The notes under the pieces are model-generated. The model saw nothing but the letters and a program-made list of their open reading frames with translations, had not been told where the DNA came from and searched no databases. The translations under genes and the position numbers were made by a program. From Strigamia acuminata (Eukaryota), in the NCBI GenBank assembly GCA_949358305.1, contig OX442314.1:5146001-5210000 (forward strand): a stretch of DNA of 64,000 nucleotides. The letters run 5' to 3'. How positions within the stretch are numbered: the first letter of the stretch is position 1; every line of letters begins with the position of its first letter. Shown in pieces: positions 14,432-27,890 of the stretch.

Positions 14432-14486
14432 AACTGTTTCCAACAGAACATCGAAGTTTAGCCGCATCTGGCCTGGTTAGCACTTG
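14432..14486 (+). pseudogene. Degenerate 5S rRNA-like fragment (internal control region), possibly SINE3-derived
   Basis: TCGAAGTTTAGCCGCATCTGGCCTGGTTAGCACTTG resembles metazoan 5S CGAAGTTAAGCA.CGTCGGGCCTGGTTAGTACTTG (recalled consensus). The rest of 5S is not recognisable. Confidence 0.35.
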
Positions 14487-14721
14487 TTTTCCATCCCTGG
14501 CAAGATAGCTAATCTCCCACCCTCAAGAAAGTCATCTTGCAAAAAAGGAAGGTTATCTTAAGTTAGATGTACAGTTGTACACGGTCAGGGCCGTGATGTA
14601 CACCCCGACCGAGCGATGCGGGTGTATCACGGGAAACTCTTCACTCAACTCAAATTATAAGAGTTCTTTTAAATAACATTGACATTGATTTAATAATAGA
14701 AAACTGACAATATTTACAATA

Positions 14722-15162
14722 AGGGGTTTTATTAAATGAGCGATTATTGTGATTAGTTGATTATTGCAATAATCATAACCACTCAATTATTGAGGGCTCA
14801 ACAAAAATCTGATTATGTGATTATTGCTCCGATGGGCGAAATTGTTTAAATTGTAACCTAAATACGTTGCAATTGTTTAAAAAAAGTTCCTACAAATAAT
14901 AATTGCAACTACCTAACTCGTTTCGTGTGTTCAGTTTAACCTAAACCGCGCCGCCATGTTGGTTTCAGTCGAGACAGCACTTATAATCGGCCCGAGTCAG
15001 CAGAAAATCATGGTTTGGGGTGATTACTTGATTAGTTGCTTAGTTGCTTATTTGATGAAATGATTATTCTCGGGATTGGTTGAATCCAGTCACATGACAC
15101 ATCAAATAATCGACTAATCAAAGTAATCAAAGTAATCAACTAATCACTCATTTAATGAAACC
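14722..15162. mobile_element. MITE (PIF/Harbinger-like termini)
   Basis: GGGTTTTATTAAATGAGCGATTA..GATTAGTTGATTA at the left end versus TAATCAACTAATCACTCATTTAATGAAACC at the right end; internal GATTA/TAATC subrepeats. Confidence 0.55.
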
Positions 15163-16289
15163 GGCGTTTAGATACGCCCGGCGTTAATTTGAGGCAGTAC
15201 CTCAGATGCATAGACTCACGCTTCGCAACATTTTTAACGTGACCTTGTTTGACCTTTAGGGGGTCTATGCCACAATATTGCGCCCACAGTGGTCATATGC
15301 AGCACTCCCCATTACTGCATCCTTTGACGCTGGAAATGATGTGAAAATGGGTTTATTTACGGCCTCAATATTTACACACATTTCGGGGTAATAAAAACAA
15401 GTTTAGTAGGTGTGCCGACGGGGTTGGGAGTAGGGAGTATATGGGAGCCCACGACGTAATCTTTTTGTGTCATTTGCTACGTTGTTTCTCCCCTCCGCTC
15501 CCCCTGACGGTGGTGTGTCGCCATCGTCTTTGTGTGTCGACTGCTCTTCGCCTCATTTGCTCCTCTCTTTGGTCTTTTTATTACGGCGCTGCAGCGCGGG
15601 CGCAACACAAAGAGGACGGCGAGCATTAAGTGGCGAAGAAATGGAGTATTTGAAAATGGGCACCGAGATTATTATGAGTTTTATGTGACATTGTGCGCGC
15701 CAGAAAACGAAGAACTCCGCCTGTCTCGCACACTTTGATCGTCGAATCTCGTGCGCGCACACTCGGAAAGAAAGAGAGAGAAGGAGAGAGAAAGACGGGA
15801 ACACGAAGCGTCGCTATTCCTCTTATTTCGCTCGGTCTCTGTTCACCATCTTGTGCGTGTCTCGGGAGAGCGGGAATGAGCGAGATGCTGAGCAAACCCG
15901 TCGGCGGAAAGCCGAGATGGGTGGTTGGGTTGGCGTCGTTGTCACGTGATTATATTGGCAGAATGCAGAGCGCAAATCTCGAGGGTTTTTTATTTTTTAT
16001 TTTTTTGGGTTTGAATGAGGTTTGAATTGAGGAGGAGTGGTGATTTAAATGAGTGCGTTTAGATTTTGTTGGATGGGTATGGAGCCAAATGTTTGGTTTT
16101 GAGGGTTTTGGGTAAAGGTTTGGTTTTTCTCCGATTATAGCAACATGGTGTTGTGTCTTGTTGTTTTTTTTGGTCTGATTTTGATTAAAATTAAGGAGAA
16201 TTTACGTCAGTTTTATTCAAAATTTAGTGATGGATGATTTTTGTGGAAAAAAAAGTAAGGTTTGTTTGATTTTGATCAAATCGAGTGGA

Positions 16290-16617
16290 ATTTGCTGATT
16301 TTGATGATAATTCGCCTGATTTTGATGATAATTCATCTGGTTTTTATGATAATTTGCCTGATTTTGATGATAATTCGCCTGATTTTGATAATTTACTTAA
16401 TTTTGGTGATAATTTACTTAATTTTTAGTGATAATTCGCTTGATTTTGGTGATAATTTACTTAATTTTGGTAATAATTTACTTAATTTTGGAGATAATTT
16501 ACATAATTTTGGTGATAATTTGCTTAATTTTGGTGATAATTAACTTAATTTTGGTAATAATTTACTTAATTTTGGTGATAAATCACCTGATTTTGATGAT
16601 AATTTACTTAATTTTGT
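16290..16617. repeat. 21-bp minisatellite (AATTTTGGTGATAATTTACTT)
   Basis: About 15 tandem units; source of spurious ORFs 16262-16543 and 16428-16619. Confidence 0.9.
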
Positions 16618-18568
16618 AATTCCCCTGGTTTTGATCAAAAACTGAGTGAAATTCGTTTGATTTTGATGAAGATAAGAAAATTCGCTTAATTTCAGTTAAA
16701 TTTATTCGATTTTATTGATAATTACCGTATATCTTCTAATACCATGCGGGTCTCTAATACCACGCGGGTTTCTAATTGCGCGCGGGGAAAGAAATAAGGT
16801 AACCCGATTTTTAATCAAAACTAAGTAAATTACTATTGATATTGATCAATCAAAACCACATAAAATTCACCTACATTTATCATAACCAAGTAAACCACAA
16901 AGCTTGCAATACATCGGGACTTTTTTCTGACGTATGAGAAAGTGATTTGCCCGCTGACCAATGAGAATAAGTGGATTTTCTGGACAGATAAGTGCAGAAG
17001 TAAGTTTGATTAACGGGCGGAATTGGTGTGCTGTTTGAATAGAATTTTATTCGAATTATGTTTTAAGTTTTGATGTATGCATATCCATCATCGATTTGTC
17101 TTTGCGAGATGAAAGCGGGGTGTGATGATGCGCTCAAACGTGAAATTGAAGATAAACTCTTAATCGTGTACGTGTGTGAAAGTGTCGGTGCATGTTAGCG
17201 GAGGTTTAAACTCATGAATATGATAAAACACCAAAATCGACTGCTGATGAGTGTTTCCGCTACTAATAACACGCAAATAGAATTTCAACACGTCTTGCCT
17301 ACTATTAAAAACTACCGTATTTCTCCGATTAGTAGGTGAACAAAGCAGAATGTTGGACAAGTATTCAGTTAAAATTTCATTGGTTTTTCTCTTTTTTTCT
17401 CGAGATACGGCCATGAGATTCAATATGTCGCGTTTGTTAATTTATTTTGCTCCCCACTGTAAGTTTATATGAATACTTTATTATTGGGAAACGAGTAGAT
17501 TAATACACAGGAAAACAAATCAGCAAATTGGAATTTTTTTATTCTTATGAAAATAAAATAATTTAGACATTAAAAAAAGACAGTGGTTTTTCTTGTTTAC
17601 TTGCATAATAATGCCAATTTGAATACATTTATTGAAGAAATTCAGTACTTTTGCAGTAGAAATTTAATTTTTTTCCACAACGGCTGGCTTTATTTCAGCT
17701 GATTTGTTTTCATTTTAAAACGAAAACATTTAACTTAAGATGACTAAGATAAGTTGGATAGTACTAATTTGATGGTGCTCTACAACTTTGTAATTGGAAA
17801 TTTTGCTCTATCTCGACAAACTAACGGGTTAGCGAATGAAAAGTCCATTGTTGCAAGTCTGGCATAAAATTTGATTACACCATTGGATTTGTCATCCCTA
17901 CTTTGCTATAGGCTAGTCTACTTGGTTTTTTGAAAAAGCAGATACTTATTCTGGAAATTAACTGTAACGTAAACTGCGCGTGCTTAAGACTTTCTTGAAT
18001 CAACCTGTTCAGAATCAAAACCCGATTCAGTAATCAAGTTTTTAAAATCGGTTTTTCACAATTTGATATCGAATGTACCTATTGTATTGGTAAACGGTTG
18101 TTTTCTCAAGCTGTTTCATGGGCCGCCATGTAAATCCACACCTGGAAGGAATGCAAAGCTGTGGTTAGAGAGAAAGCGAGCATCGTGATGTTTCTTCGCG
18201 ACATTTCACTTGTCGCCTTCAGACCTACAGATCATGTGATAGTTGTGTTGCAAGGTGCTGAGTTTGTTTTAAGTTTATCAAAACACCGCAGAAATGTAAA
18301 AAGAATTTCCAAGAAAATTTTTTTTTCTCTGATGGTAATTGTGCCTTTAAGAAGAACATTATGTGTAAGACACCCAATCTTTATCTTAATGTTTCAGGGG
18401 TGCTCAAGAGATGAGACTGTCTCCCTCAAGAGTTCTTTATCTCGCTGAGTGGAAACACAAGGAAAGGACAGGTTGTTTTCCTCTTTCCTGAAAATGGTTT
18501 TTCAAATGGTGACATTGAAACAATTTAGATGGATTAAATGTTAACAGTAACAGATATTGCAACAATAA

Positions 18569-18874
18569 GGGGTTTCATATACGAGACGCTGAAAGCGCTG
18601 AAGTAATTGTTCCGATAATCACAATCACTGCATTATTGAGGACCCACACCAGGTCCGAGTGATTATTGTGTATGTCGCAAGACTTTTATTTTTATTTTTT
18701 TATTTTTTTATTTATTTATTTTTTTTAATTAAATTAATTATTTATTTTATCACAATCGTAATAATCACTTCAGCGCAATAATCGTCACAATCGTAATAAT
18801 CACTTCAGCACAATAATCGTCACAATCGTAATAATCACTTCAGCGTGTCATTTATGCGAATCTATGTGAAACCC
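18569..18874. mobile_element. MITE related in style to 14722-15162
   Basis: GGGTTTCATATA...TATGTGAAACCC termini, GCTGAAG/CTTCAGC subterminal inverted motifs, and a 36-bp tandem triplication near 18750-18845. Confidence 0.5.
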
Positions 18875-19984
18875 GTTGTTTGCGAGCAATTATGATGTAA
18901 CAATGCATACTTATGCCATATAAACCATATAAAACGTGGCAATTTTGCAGAGCCAATAAATTGCCTGTAGGTGTAAGTATCCTTGCATACATTGTATGTT
19001 AACAAGGGAGTTTTGTCAGACACAAAAGGTCTATTGTTACATATAGGACAGGTTAGGTTAGGTTATGTCATTTTCTCACGGCAGCAGACATTGACAAATC
19101 GACCACTTGTTGGAACAATTTAGATGGTTTAATTATTAACAATTGCACAAATTGAAACAATTCATATGCATTAAATATATCAATTGTTAACATTAGCGCT
19201 TACTGAAACAATCCAGATGGGTCCATTGTTTGCAATAGATGACAATATTCTTTCGTGCAGTTTTCTTTCCTCGTTGTATTATTACTTTTGCGGTGATTGA
19301 ATTTTTTCAGCTTTCTCAAGAATGCTGCACTGGAAATAATGAACAACAATCAGCAAACAGTTTATAGTTATGGTTGCAATAAAACGTGCCACTGCCATGA
19401 CATTTAAAATCTACAATAAAAAAAGGAAACTGGTTTGATAAAAACAATAACTTTATCTGTACGTTGGCAGATAGCGTTGTGACGTGAGCAGACCATGAAA
19501 CAGTGCATTCAAACTGCGTGTTTTCAATTTTCGATTTTCTCCGTCTCGCAAACCAAATTATTGTTTGTCTTGTGTCACAGATTTTAGCCCTGCATGTAAC
19601 TAAGCTGCTTGCGGCTTAAAAGCAGCAATTAAAAGACTTGGTTTTCAAGAATGCAAGCCTGAATATCACATTCAAGCACAATGCAATTGTTTTGCAAGAT
19701 TATTGCGTGGGAAATCTGCAATTTTAATTTTGAATTTATTCGTCTTAGGACCGAGTGAAATTGCTTTCTAATTTCTCTTTACTCTGCCAGGTGCCAAATT
19801 TTAACAAAGCATCATGGGAAAACAGTAATTTATTCATTGACTGTTGTTTCATTTGAATTAAGAAGAAATTTAGGTTTTATTTTTTTGCATGGCGTTCCGA
19901 ACACTGTCATCCATACATGATTGGGTTAAAAAGTTTCCAGTTCGTATAATCTCACACAAGTGGAGTACATTGTTGAATTACCAA

Positions 19985-20392
19985 GACAACAATCCACAAC
20001 AGTAGGATTGGAACAATCCACAATAATAGGATTGCAACAATTCACAACAATAGGATTGCAACAATACACAACAATATGATTGCAACAATCCACAACAATA
20101 GGATTGCAAGAATGTACTAAAATAGGATTGCAACAATCTACAACAATAGGATTGCAACAATCCACAACAATAGGATTGCAACAATCCACAACAATAAAAT
20201 TGCAACAATCCACAACAATAGAATTGCCTTGTTGAACTACCAACCAACAAGGCACAATACCATTGTTGAACTACCAACCATCAACCAACAAGACACAATA
20301 CCATTGTTGAACTACAACAATCCAAAACAATAGGATTGCATTCTTGAACTACAACAATGTGTAATAATAGGATTGCATTGTTGAACTACAAC
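19985..20392. repeat. 24-bp minisatellite (ACAACAATAGGATTGCAACAATCC), degenerating rightwards
   Basis: Tandem units visible; they produce the VVDCCNPI and CCGLLQSY pseudo-ORFs. Confidence 0.9.
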
Positions 20393-21659
20393 AATGTATG
20401 GGATTGCATTGTTGCAGGGCATGAAAAGCGGGTTTATTGTTGCACCACAGGGTAGGAAAAGTAGAAAATGTTTCCTCATGCAAGAATGTAGCACTTCTTT
20501 ATCATTATGACGTCACAAAACACTAAAACCGTCCGCTAGTGTTAAAAAATAGCATTTTCCAAGCCATCAAAAGCTGTTACGGTTCGTCTTTGAGCTCGGG
20601 AAAAAAGAAATAACCTTAAACACCAATAAAGAAGAAAAGACGGAGCCTTAAATTGAAAGGTATTTTTTCTCTTTTTTCTCTTTTTTCACGGATAAAAGGG
20701 CTTTAAGGGAGCAATTATATGAGTTATTGGGAAAAAGGAAATAGAGTTAGTCCTAACGAAATGCGGTTTATGGGGGGTGCTGTGTCTGGGCAATAATCTG
20801 GATTGGGATGTGGCCGGGGAACGTGATCCATCTTGTAGCTGTCAACGAGGCGCTGGCTGCGAATGAGGGAAATCTCTTTTGCGATTCCGTCCACAGGTGA
20901 CCTTTTGCGCGACCTTTTTGCCTACCTCTGGGAATTTATTAAGGGACGCTGCGAGCCGCTGGACGATTGGAAAAGGGGTAATTCATCACCGACGACAGAT
21001 AAGCAAAGTCCTGGCCGTATTGATAGCGAGGCTGAGGGGGCAGGAGGGGGAAATCGATACATGAGAGAGACGCTGGCAGTGCCATTTGACTTTCACAAGT
21101 TGGGAGTGGAGTCTGAGCGTCTTGCGAGCAAATTAAAGCGGGCCAAGTGACGAACTCATCAACAAGCGGAGCGCTTTCTCGTTGCTCGATCTTTTTCTAA
21201 TTTCCTCTCGGCTTGTGTTGCCCATTACAACTAAGTAAGTGCTCATTTCCATTTTTTTTGGGGGGGGGGGTGGGGGTGGGGGAGGGGTAATCGCCATTTT
21301 GGATTGTTTAATTTTGATTTTTGATTGTTTTATTTTTTGGGGGGGTGAGGTGGGGGGGGGGGTTGGTATGAGTTGGATTGAATTTGCAGTTGATTATTTG
21401 TGATTGCAAAGTCATGCATTGAGAAATCGATTGAGGCAGAAGGGATTTTTTTGGTTTGAAAATCCATTTTGGATTTTTTTTTTAATGTAGTGGGATTTGT
21501 TTGTTGGGAAGTTTTTTTATGGTTTTGCTTTATTTTGTTGTTTTCGTGCGACAAGCTTATGGGTTTTTATGATGGTTTTATGGATTTTGTCATATTTTTG
21601 TGGGTTTTGTGATATTTTTATGGGTTTTGTGAAATTTTTAGGGGATTTAGCTAGATGTT

Positions 21660-22132
21660 TATGGATTTGTGATAGATTTCCATGGATTTGTGATAAATTT
21701 TCATGGATTTGTGATAGATTTCCATGGATTTGTGATAGATTTTCATGGATTTGTGATAGATTTCCTTGGATTTGTGATAGATTTCTATGGATTTGTGATA
21801 GATTTTCATGGATTTGTGATAGATTTCCATGGATTTGTGATAGATTTCCATCGTTCTGTGATAGATTTACATGGATTTGTAATAGATTTCCATGGATTTG
21901 TGATAGATTTCCATGGATTTGTAATAGATTTCCATGGATTTGTGATAGATTTCCATGAATTTGTGATAGATTTCCATGGATTTGTGATAGATTTCCATGG
22001 ATTTGTGATAGATTTCTATGAATTTGTGATAGATTTCCATGGATTTGTGATAGATTTCCATCGTTCTGTGATAGATTTACATGGATTTGTAATAGATTTC
22101 CATGGATTTGTGATAGATTTTCACGGATTTGT
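21660..22132. repeat. 21-bp minisatellite (ATGGATTTGTGATAGATTTCC)
   Basis: About 22 tandem units. A variant unit (ATCGTTCTGTGATAGATTTAC) recurs 210 bp apart, indicating a block duplication. Confidence 0.95.
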
Positions 22133-23374
22133 TAGAATTCCACAGATTTATTTGATTTTTTTTGGCTTGTATAAGATTTTTACAGATTTATGTTAGATTT
22201 TCATAGATTTATGACAAATTTTTATAAATTATATTAGATTTTCATAGATTTAGGCTTAGAATCTCATGGATTCTAGTTAGAATTTCATAAATTTATGATA
22301 GAATTCCAAGTATTGATGCAAGATTTCCATCGATTCATGTTTGAATTTTAAAACTTTGCTAGATTCACGTGGATTTTTCTTCGATTTCTACAACTCTCCT
22401 AAATTTTCCTTGAAAATTTCATTTCAAAAAACAATTCCCCAACGAAAAACATTTGATTAAACGCCACGCCGCGAGAGGGCGATTCCCCACCCCCGGATAT
22501 CCGCTTTTCCTAAACCCACTTCAAGATTGATAGTTATCTGATGGCTCATCTCCCCATCCCGCCGTCCCCCTAGGCCGATTTCCCTGCACCACTCCACCAA
22601 AACCAGTCTCCGTCCCATCACTCTCCCGAACCCGACTGAGCAAATTGCCGCCAAAAAATTACAAATTTTGTCAGTAATTATGAAACAAAATTAATCAATT
22701 GGTAGCAGAGGATGGTTTAAGTGGTTGTCTCTGTATCCTGATCCTGATCCCGGCACTAAATTTGTATCTAGTCCATCCCCGCAGTCGACCAATCGACTGC
22801 TTCGATAATATGACTCAGGGATAAACCTCTGCGCCCGGAAAGTATCGCGGTTTGCCGTCGCGCTAAAACGGATCAAATCCGATCGGCCGCCATTGATTTA
22901 CTGTCAAAAGATGGCGTAGGTGGGTTGCGAGGTTTTTGCCTGTATTTGGACGATGAAATAAAAATCCGCGGCGTTTTTTATGCGTTTGTGTCAGTTGATG
23001 GTCCCTGGACACCAGTTTTGCACTCATCTCGATCGGGCAATCTTTGCGGTGGGTTGGAGCATGCGAGTGAAATTGGCTGCCGTCTTATGTTCCCTGGTGG
23101 AGTTGCTCCCGTATGCTCGTGTCTCTGGTCTGCCGTAGAGTTTTGGTGGGGATGGGAATGGGAGCTAAGAGATTGCGACGGCCCACCGCATGTTTGTTGC
23201 TATTGCAGTGGGGGGGATGGGGGGGAGGGGAGGGAGTTGCTGCAATTGGTTGAGGAATTTGGAGATTGTTTTGTTTGTTTGTTTGGTTAGTTGGCTTTTG
23301 TTGGGGATTATTTTTTTACTGTTGTGGTAATTGAGATTTTGGTTTGAGGTTTTGGGTGACTGGAATTGAGGTAT

Positions 23375-24125
23375 GATGAGATTCTGCGAGATATTACGAG
23401 ATGTTGTGATTGAGGATAAGATTTTGTGATTGGGTGAGGGATTATGTGAGATTTTACGAGATTTTACTGAGATTTTACGAGATTTTACTGAAATTTTACG
23501 AGATTTTACTGAAATTTTACGAGATTTTACTGAAATTTTACGAGATTTTACTGAAATTTTACGAGATTTTACTGAAATTTTACGAGATTTTACTGAGAAT
23601 TTACGAGATTTTACTGAGATTATTTGATTAAGTGCGAGATTCTACTGAGATTTTTTGATTGAGTGCGAGATTCTACTGAGATTTTTTGATTGAGTGCGAG
23701 ATTATGTGAGATTTTACGAGATTCTACTGAGATTCTACTGAAATTTTACGTGATTTTACTGAGAATTTACGAGATTCTACTGATATTTTTTGATTGAGTG
23801 CGAGATTCTACGAGATTGTTAGATTGAGTGCGAGATTCTACGAGATTTTTATATCGAGTGCGAGATTCGACAAGATTGTTATATTGAATGCGAGATTCTA
23901 TGAGATTGTTATATTGAATGCGAGATTCGACGAGATTTTTAGACTGTGCACAATATTTATATATTCAGATCTATCAATATCATGCGCGAGAATTTGCGAG
24001 ATGACGTGAGACATAACACGACGTTGATGCCAGATTGTAAACAAATAGGTGATATTTTTCCTATATCGATGAAGATTACACAAGAGTGGGCGTGACATAT
24101 TTAGCGAGACATCACGAGATGTGGC
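23375..24125. repeat. CGAGAT-based minisatellite (21-bp GAGATTTTACTGAAATTTTAC, grading into 30-31-bp GAGTGCGAGATTCTAC units)
   Basis: Tandem units visible. Confidence 0.9.
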
Positions 24126-24521
24126 GTGAGGCAGGAGTAAATTGGTGTCTCTCTCTCTCTCCGTGTGCGCGATTGAATTATTGAGATACGAGATTAGACA
24201 TTAGGCCACGAGTGTTGCTCATTGAATTGGTAAAATGATGTGTAGACAATTCCTTCTTCCGCTCGTTATCTGTTGTTGGTTTGATTGCTGTCAAGTGACT
24301 TTGTGCTTCTTATCAGTTTATTTGTGCGCAATTTGGACGGATTCATTTGGGTCTCGTACAACGTTTTGTTGATGTTTAATTAGTTATTTGTGATTAATGC
24401 GCGAGTTGAGACTGGGCCAGGGCGACTATCATTTATTAACGTCTCTCTCATTTTAAAGCTCGACGGTCGCTGTCGTTGTTCAATGCGGCTGCTTTTGGCC
24501 TCAATGTTTTCTCCCGTTTTT

Positions 24522-25560
24522 GATCTCGTGGAATCGCGTGAAATGTTGCAAAATCACAAAAATCTGTGTGTCACAAAATCTCGTGCGTTCTCGCGTACTC
24601 TCGCGAAACTCGCGCAGTCTTGCAAAATCTTAAAAATATCTAAACTATCACAAAATCTCGTGCACTCTCGCGTACTCTCGCAAAGTCTCGTGCAGATTTG
24701 CAAAATCTCGTGGAATTTTGCAAAATCTCGTGCAGTCTTGCAGAATCTTGCGCACTTTTGCAATATTTCGTGCAGTTTCGCAAAATCTTGAGTAATTTTG
24801 CAAAATCTTGTCACTTTGTAAAGTGACATTCAATCTCGCGAAATCTCGTCTTTGGTCTCGCAACATTTTTCTTTTGGTCTCGCTAAATCTCGCTTCTCAT
24901 CTCGCGAAATCTCGCTTCTTATTTCGCTAAATCTCGCTTCTCATCTCGCTAAATCTCGCTTCTTATTTCGCTAAATCTCGCTTCTTATCTCGCAAAATCT
25001 CGCTCCTCATCTCGCTCCTCATCTCGCTTCTCATTTCGCTAAATCTCACTTCTCATTTCGCTAAATCTCGCATTTCATCTTGCCAAATGTCGCAAAATCT
25101 CGCTTCTCATCTCGCAAAATCTCGCTTCTCATCTCGCAAAATCTCGCTTCTCATCTCGCAAAATCTCGCATCTCATCTCGCAAAATCTCGCTTCTCATCT
25201 CGCAAAATCTCGCATCTCATCTCGCAAAATCTCGCTTCTCATCTCGCAAAATCCCGCTTCTCATCTCGCAAAATCTCGCTTTTCATCTCGCAAAATCTCG
25301 CTTCTCATCTCGCAAAATCTCGCTTCTCATCTCGCAAAATCTCGCTTCTCATCTCGCAAAATCTCGCATCTCATCTCGCAAAATCTCGCTTCTCATCTCG
25401 CAAAATCTCGCATCTCATCTCGCAAAATCTCGCTTTTCATCTCGCAAAATCTCGCTTCTCATCTCGCAAAATCTCGCTTCTCATCTCGCAAAATCTCGCT
25501 TCTCATCTCGCAAAATCTCGCATCTCATCTCGCAAAATCTCGCTTCTCATCTCGCAAAAA
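24522..25560. repeat. ATCTCG-based minisatellite (10-bp units grading into 22-bp AAAATCTCGCTTCTCATCTCGC)
   Basis: More than 20 near-perfect 22-bp units at 25090-25560; source of ORFs 25080-25577 and 25087-25593. Confidence 0.95.
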
Positions 25561-27014
25561 CTCACCAACCGAAGTAATATGATTAATCCCTAACACTACT
25601 CGGTTCGGAATCAAGTGACATCTCATATTGATTGGTCAATTTTGAAATAATCCCAGCGAAATAATCCTCGCTAACTTTATTGTCAACCCCGCTTCATACT
25701 CGTCCTGCGAAACGACAACGCACTCAAACTAACTCCATTCTATAAACCAAAATCGAACACACTGTGCGTACTGAACCTAAGCATAAGCTGCCTGCCATAA
25801 GACATGCACGCGACCAAACACAGCTCCACCAAACAACACAAAACAAGCGACATTCGAGTTTTTAGCCGCTCTTTCAAGTAAAAGCAAGCTTTGGAATTTT
25901 ACCTGCTCCCTCGTGTTCCCACCTTTAGGGGCAATATCGCACCAGTTTAACGCCAGCCTAGACCCCATCCTGCACGTTAATTGGAAAAGCGAGAAAGCGC
26001 CACCACCGCACAACCGTCGCGATGAATCAACGTGTGACAAGAGAGTATCTCTTGTTCATCCGTCAGCGACTTGATTTTGTGCACACTGCACACCCATTCT
26101 TCTTATCACTGTCCACGTGGATTTATCCCCCGTCATTTGTCTCGCCTAGTGGGGACTGAACAAACCCAAACCAGAGGGAGTTCGCCAACCAATCCCCATT
26201 TCTCCACGCTCCATCTATCGCCCTTTTTCCACATTCATGACCAATCAATATCCCTAATACCCCTCCGAGCCTAAGCTACCACAATGAACCCAAACAAAAA
26301 ATGCGACGTGTGACGTCACAAGTAAAAAGCTGGGGAAATGCGACGTGTGACGTCACGTGTGAATTTATTGAGCGGTTAAATGTTTTGTTTTGTTAGGGGC
26401 GCTGCGGTCGGGGATTAATTTGTTGACTTTGGCGGTCGTTTTTCATTCGCCCTCGAATGAGTGATTGGTATCAAAGGGTTAAGAATGCAAATGAGTCGTT
26501 GGCGGAACCAATTAAGTGGCCGTCTTTGTCGAGTCGTGTTCCTTTGTCACGCTGCGCGCATCCGCCGAGGCGTGCGCCATCCATCGGGAGGTGGAGCCAC
26601 AGGTTGGCTGCGGGATTAATTTCAGGTTTGTACACTTATTAATGATATTTATCTGTGTAATTAAATCGGGGGAGTTGTTAATTATGGGGTTTGAGTGCGA
26701 ATTTGATGATTTATGACGTCATTTGGTGACATTCGGCGCTCGGCTCGGGTTTATTGTGATTGCTGGGTCGGCCATGTTTGTTGTTGGCGGGGCGGGGCTG
26801 CGCGGGAGGAAAAAAAATGGCGGGTTGGAGAAAAAATGGGTAAACAAGGTTGGGAAAAAAGATGGAGATAATGTTGTTTGTAACGGCGCTGGGATTTGGG
26901 AAAATTAAGGGGGAAAAGAAATGAGTTTGAAACAAATGGACGTGACTGGTTTGTTGGTTTTTTTGTGTTCGGTTTGCGCAGATTGCTGATGCGGTGGGTT
27001 TGGGAGATAAATGG

Positions 27015-27890
27015 TGACCGGAAGTGGGTTTTTTGGGGGAGCGGAAGTTGTGGAATTAGGGAGATGTATGGCTGGTGGATGTTTGGTTTCGGGGAATATA
27101 TGGAAGTGGGTTTTTTGGGTGCCGGATGTGTTGAAAGGTGGAAAAATGGCAACCGGAAGTTGTTGGGGGAATTAAGGAATTTATTTTTGATTAATTGAAT
27201 GTTTGGTTTTTTTTTTAATGGAGGTTGAAAGTAGTGGTTTGAAGAAACCGGAAGTGGAGGAGAATTTTTTAGAAAGTGTAAGTCAGCGGACAGGGCTATC
27301 AAAACCGGAAGTAGTTTTTTTTTCTATGATTTAGCTTTTTTAAAAATTTATGGAGAACAGCTGGAGTGATTAAATATTTCGGAGCAGTCACAGGAAGTTA
27401 AATTAAAAGCCTCCAGCGGTGACAGGAAAAACCGGAAATGGTGGAATTTTATCTCCAAAACCGTCAAACTCGTCGAAATAGAAAAAATTTGAAACCGGAA
27501 ATAACATTCAGAAATAAAAAATGGTTGCCCGAACTTTTTTTTATCCACAAAAAACATTTCCGTCCACTTTTCATCAAGAACATGAATTTAAAAGTCCAAA
27601 AACAAAAAAAAAATGGCAACCGGAAGTTCCCATTTAGAAATGAAAAAAAATGGCTGCCCAAACTTTTTTTTATCCGCAAAAACATTTCTGTCCACTTTTG
27701 ATCGAAAACATGAATTTAAAAATCCAAAAAAAAATGGCAACCGGAAGTTCACATTTAGAAATGAAAAAAAAATGGCTGCCCAAACTCAAACATTGGGAAA
27801 AGAAACCGAAAACAACTTTTTTCTCCACCGTTCGTTGAGAACACAAATTTAAAAAAAAAAAAAAAAAAAAGATGGAAACCGGAAGTGAGA
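27015..27890. repeat. Cluster of ~10 ACCGGAAGT/ACCGGAAAT motifs with AAAATGGC, partly as ~120-bp tandem units
   Basis: Motifs near 27017, 27152, 27247, 27304, 27431, 27494, 27619, 27740 and 27878. The unit AAAATGGCAACCGGAAGTT...TTTAGAAATGAAAAAAAATGGCTGCCCAAAC is repeated. Confidence 0.7.

Noticed and set aside
19050..19065. (TTAGG)n telomeric repeat
   Set aside because: Only 2-3 units, part of a short dispersed repeat also present at ~55900-55965; not a telomere and not reliable for taxonomy.
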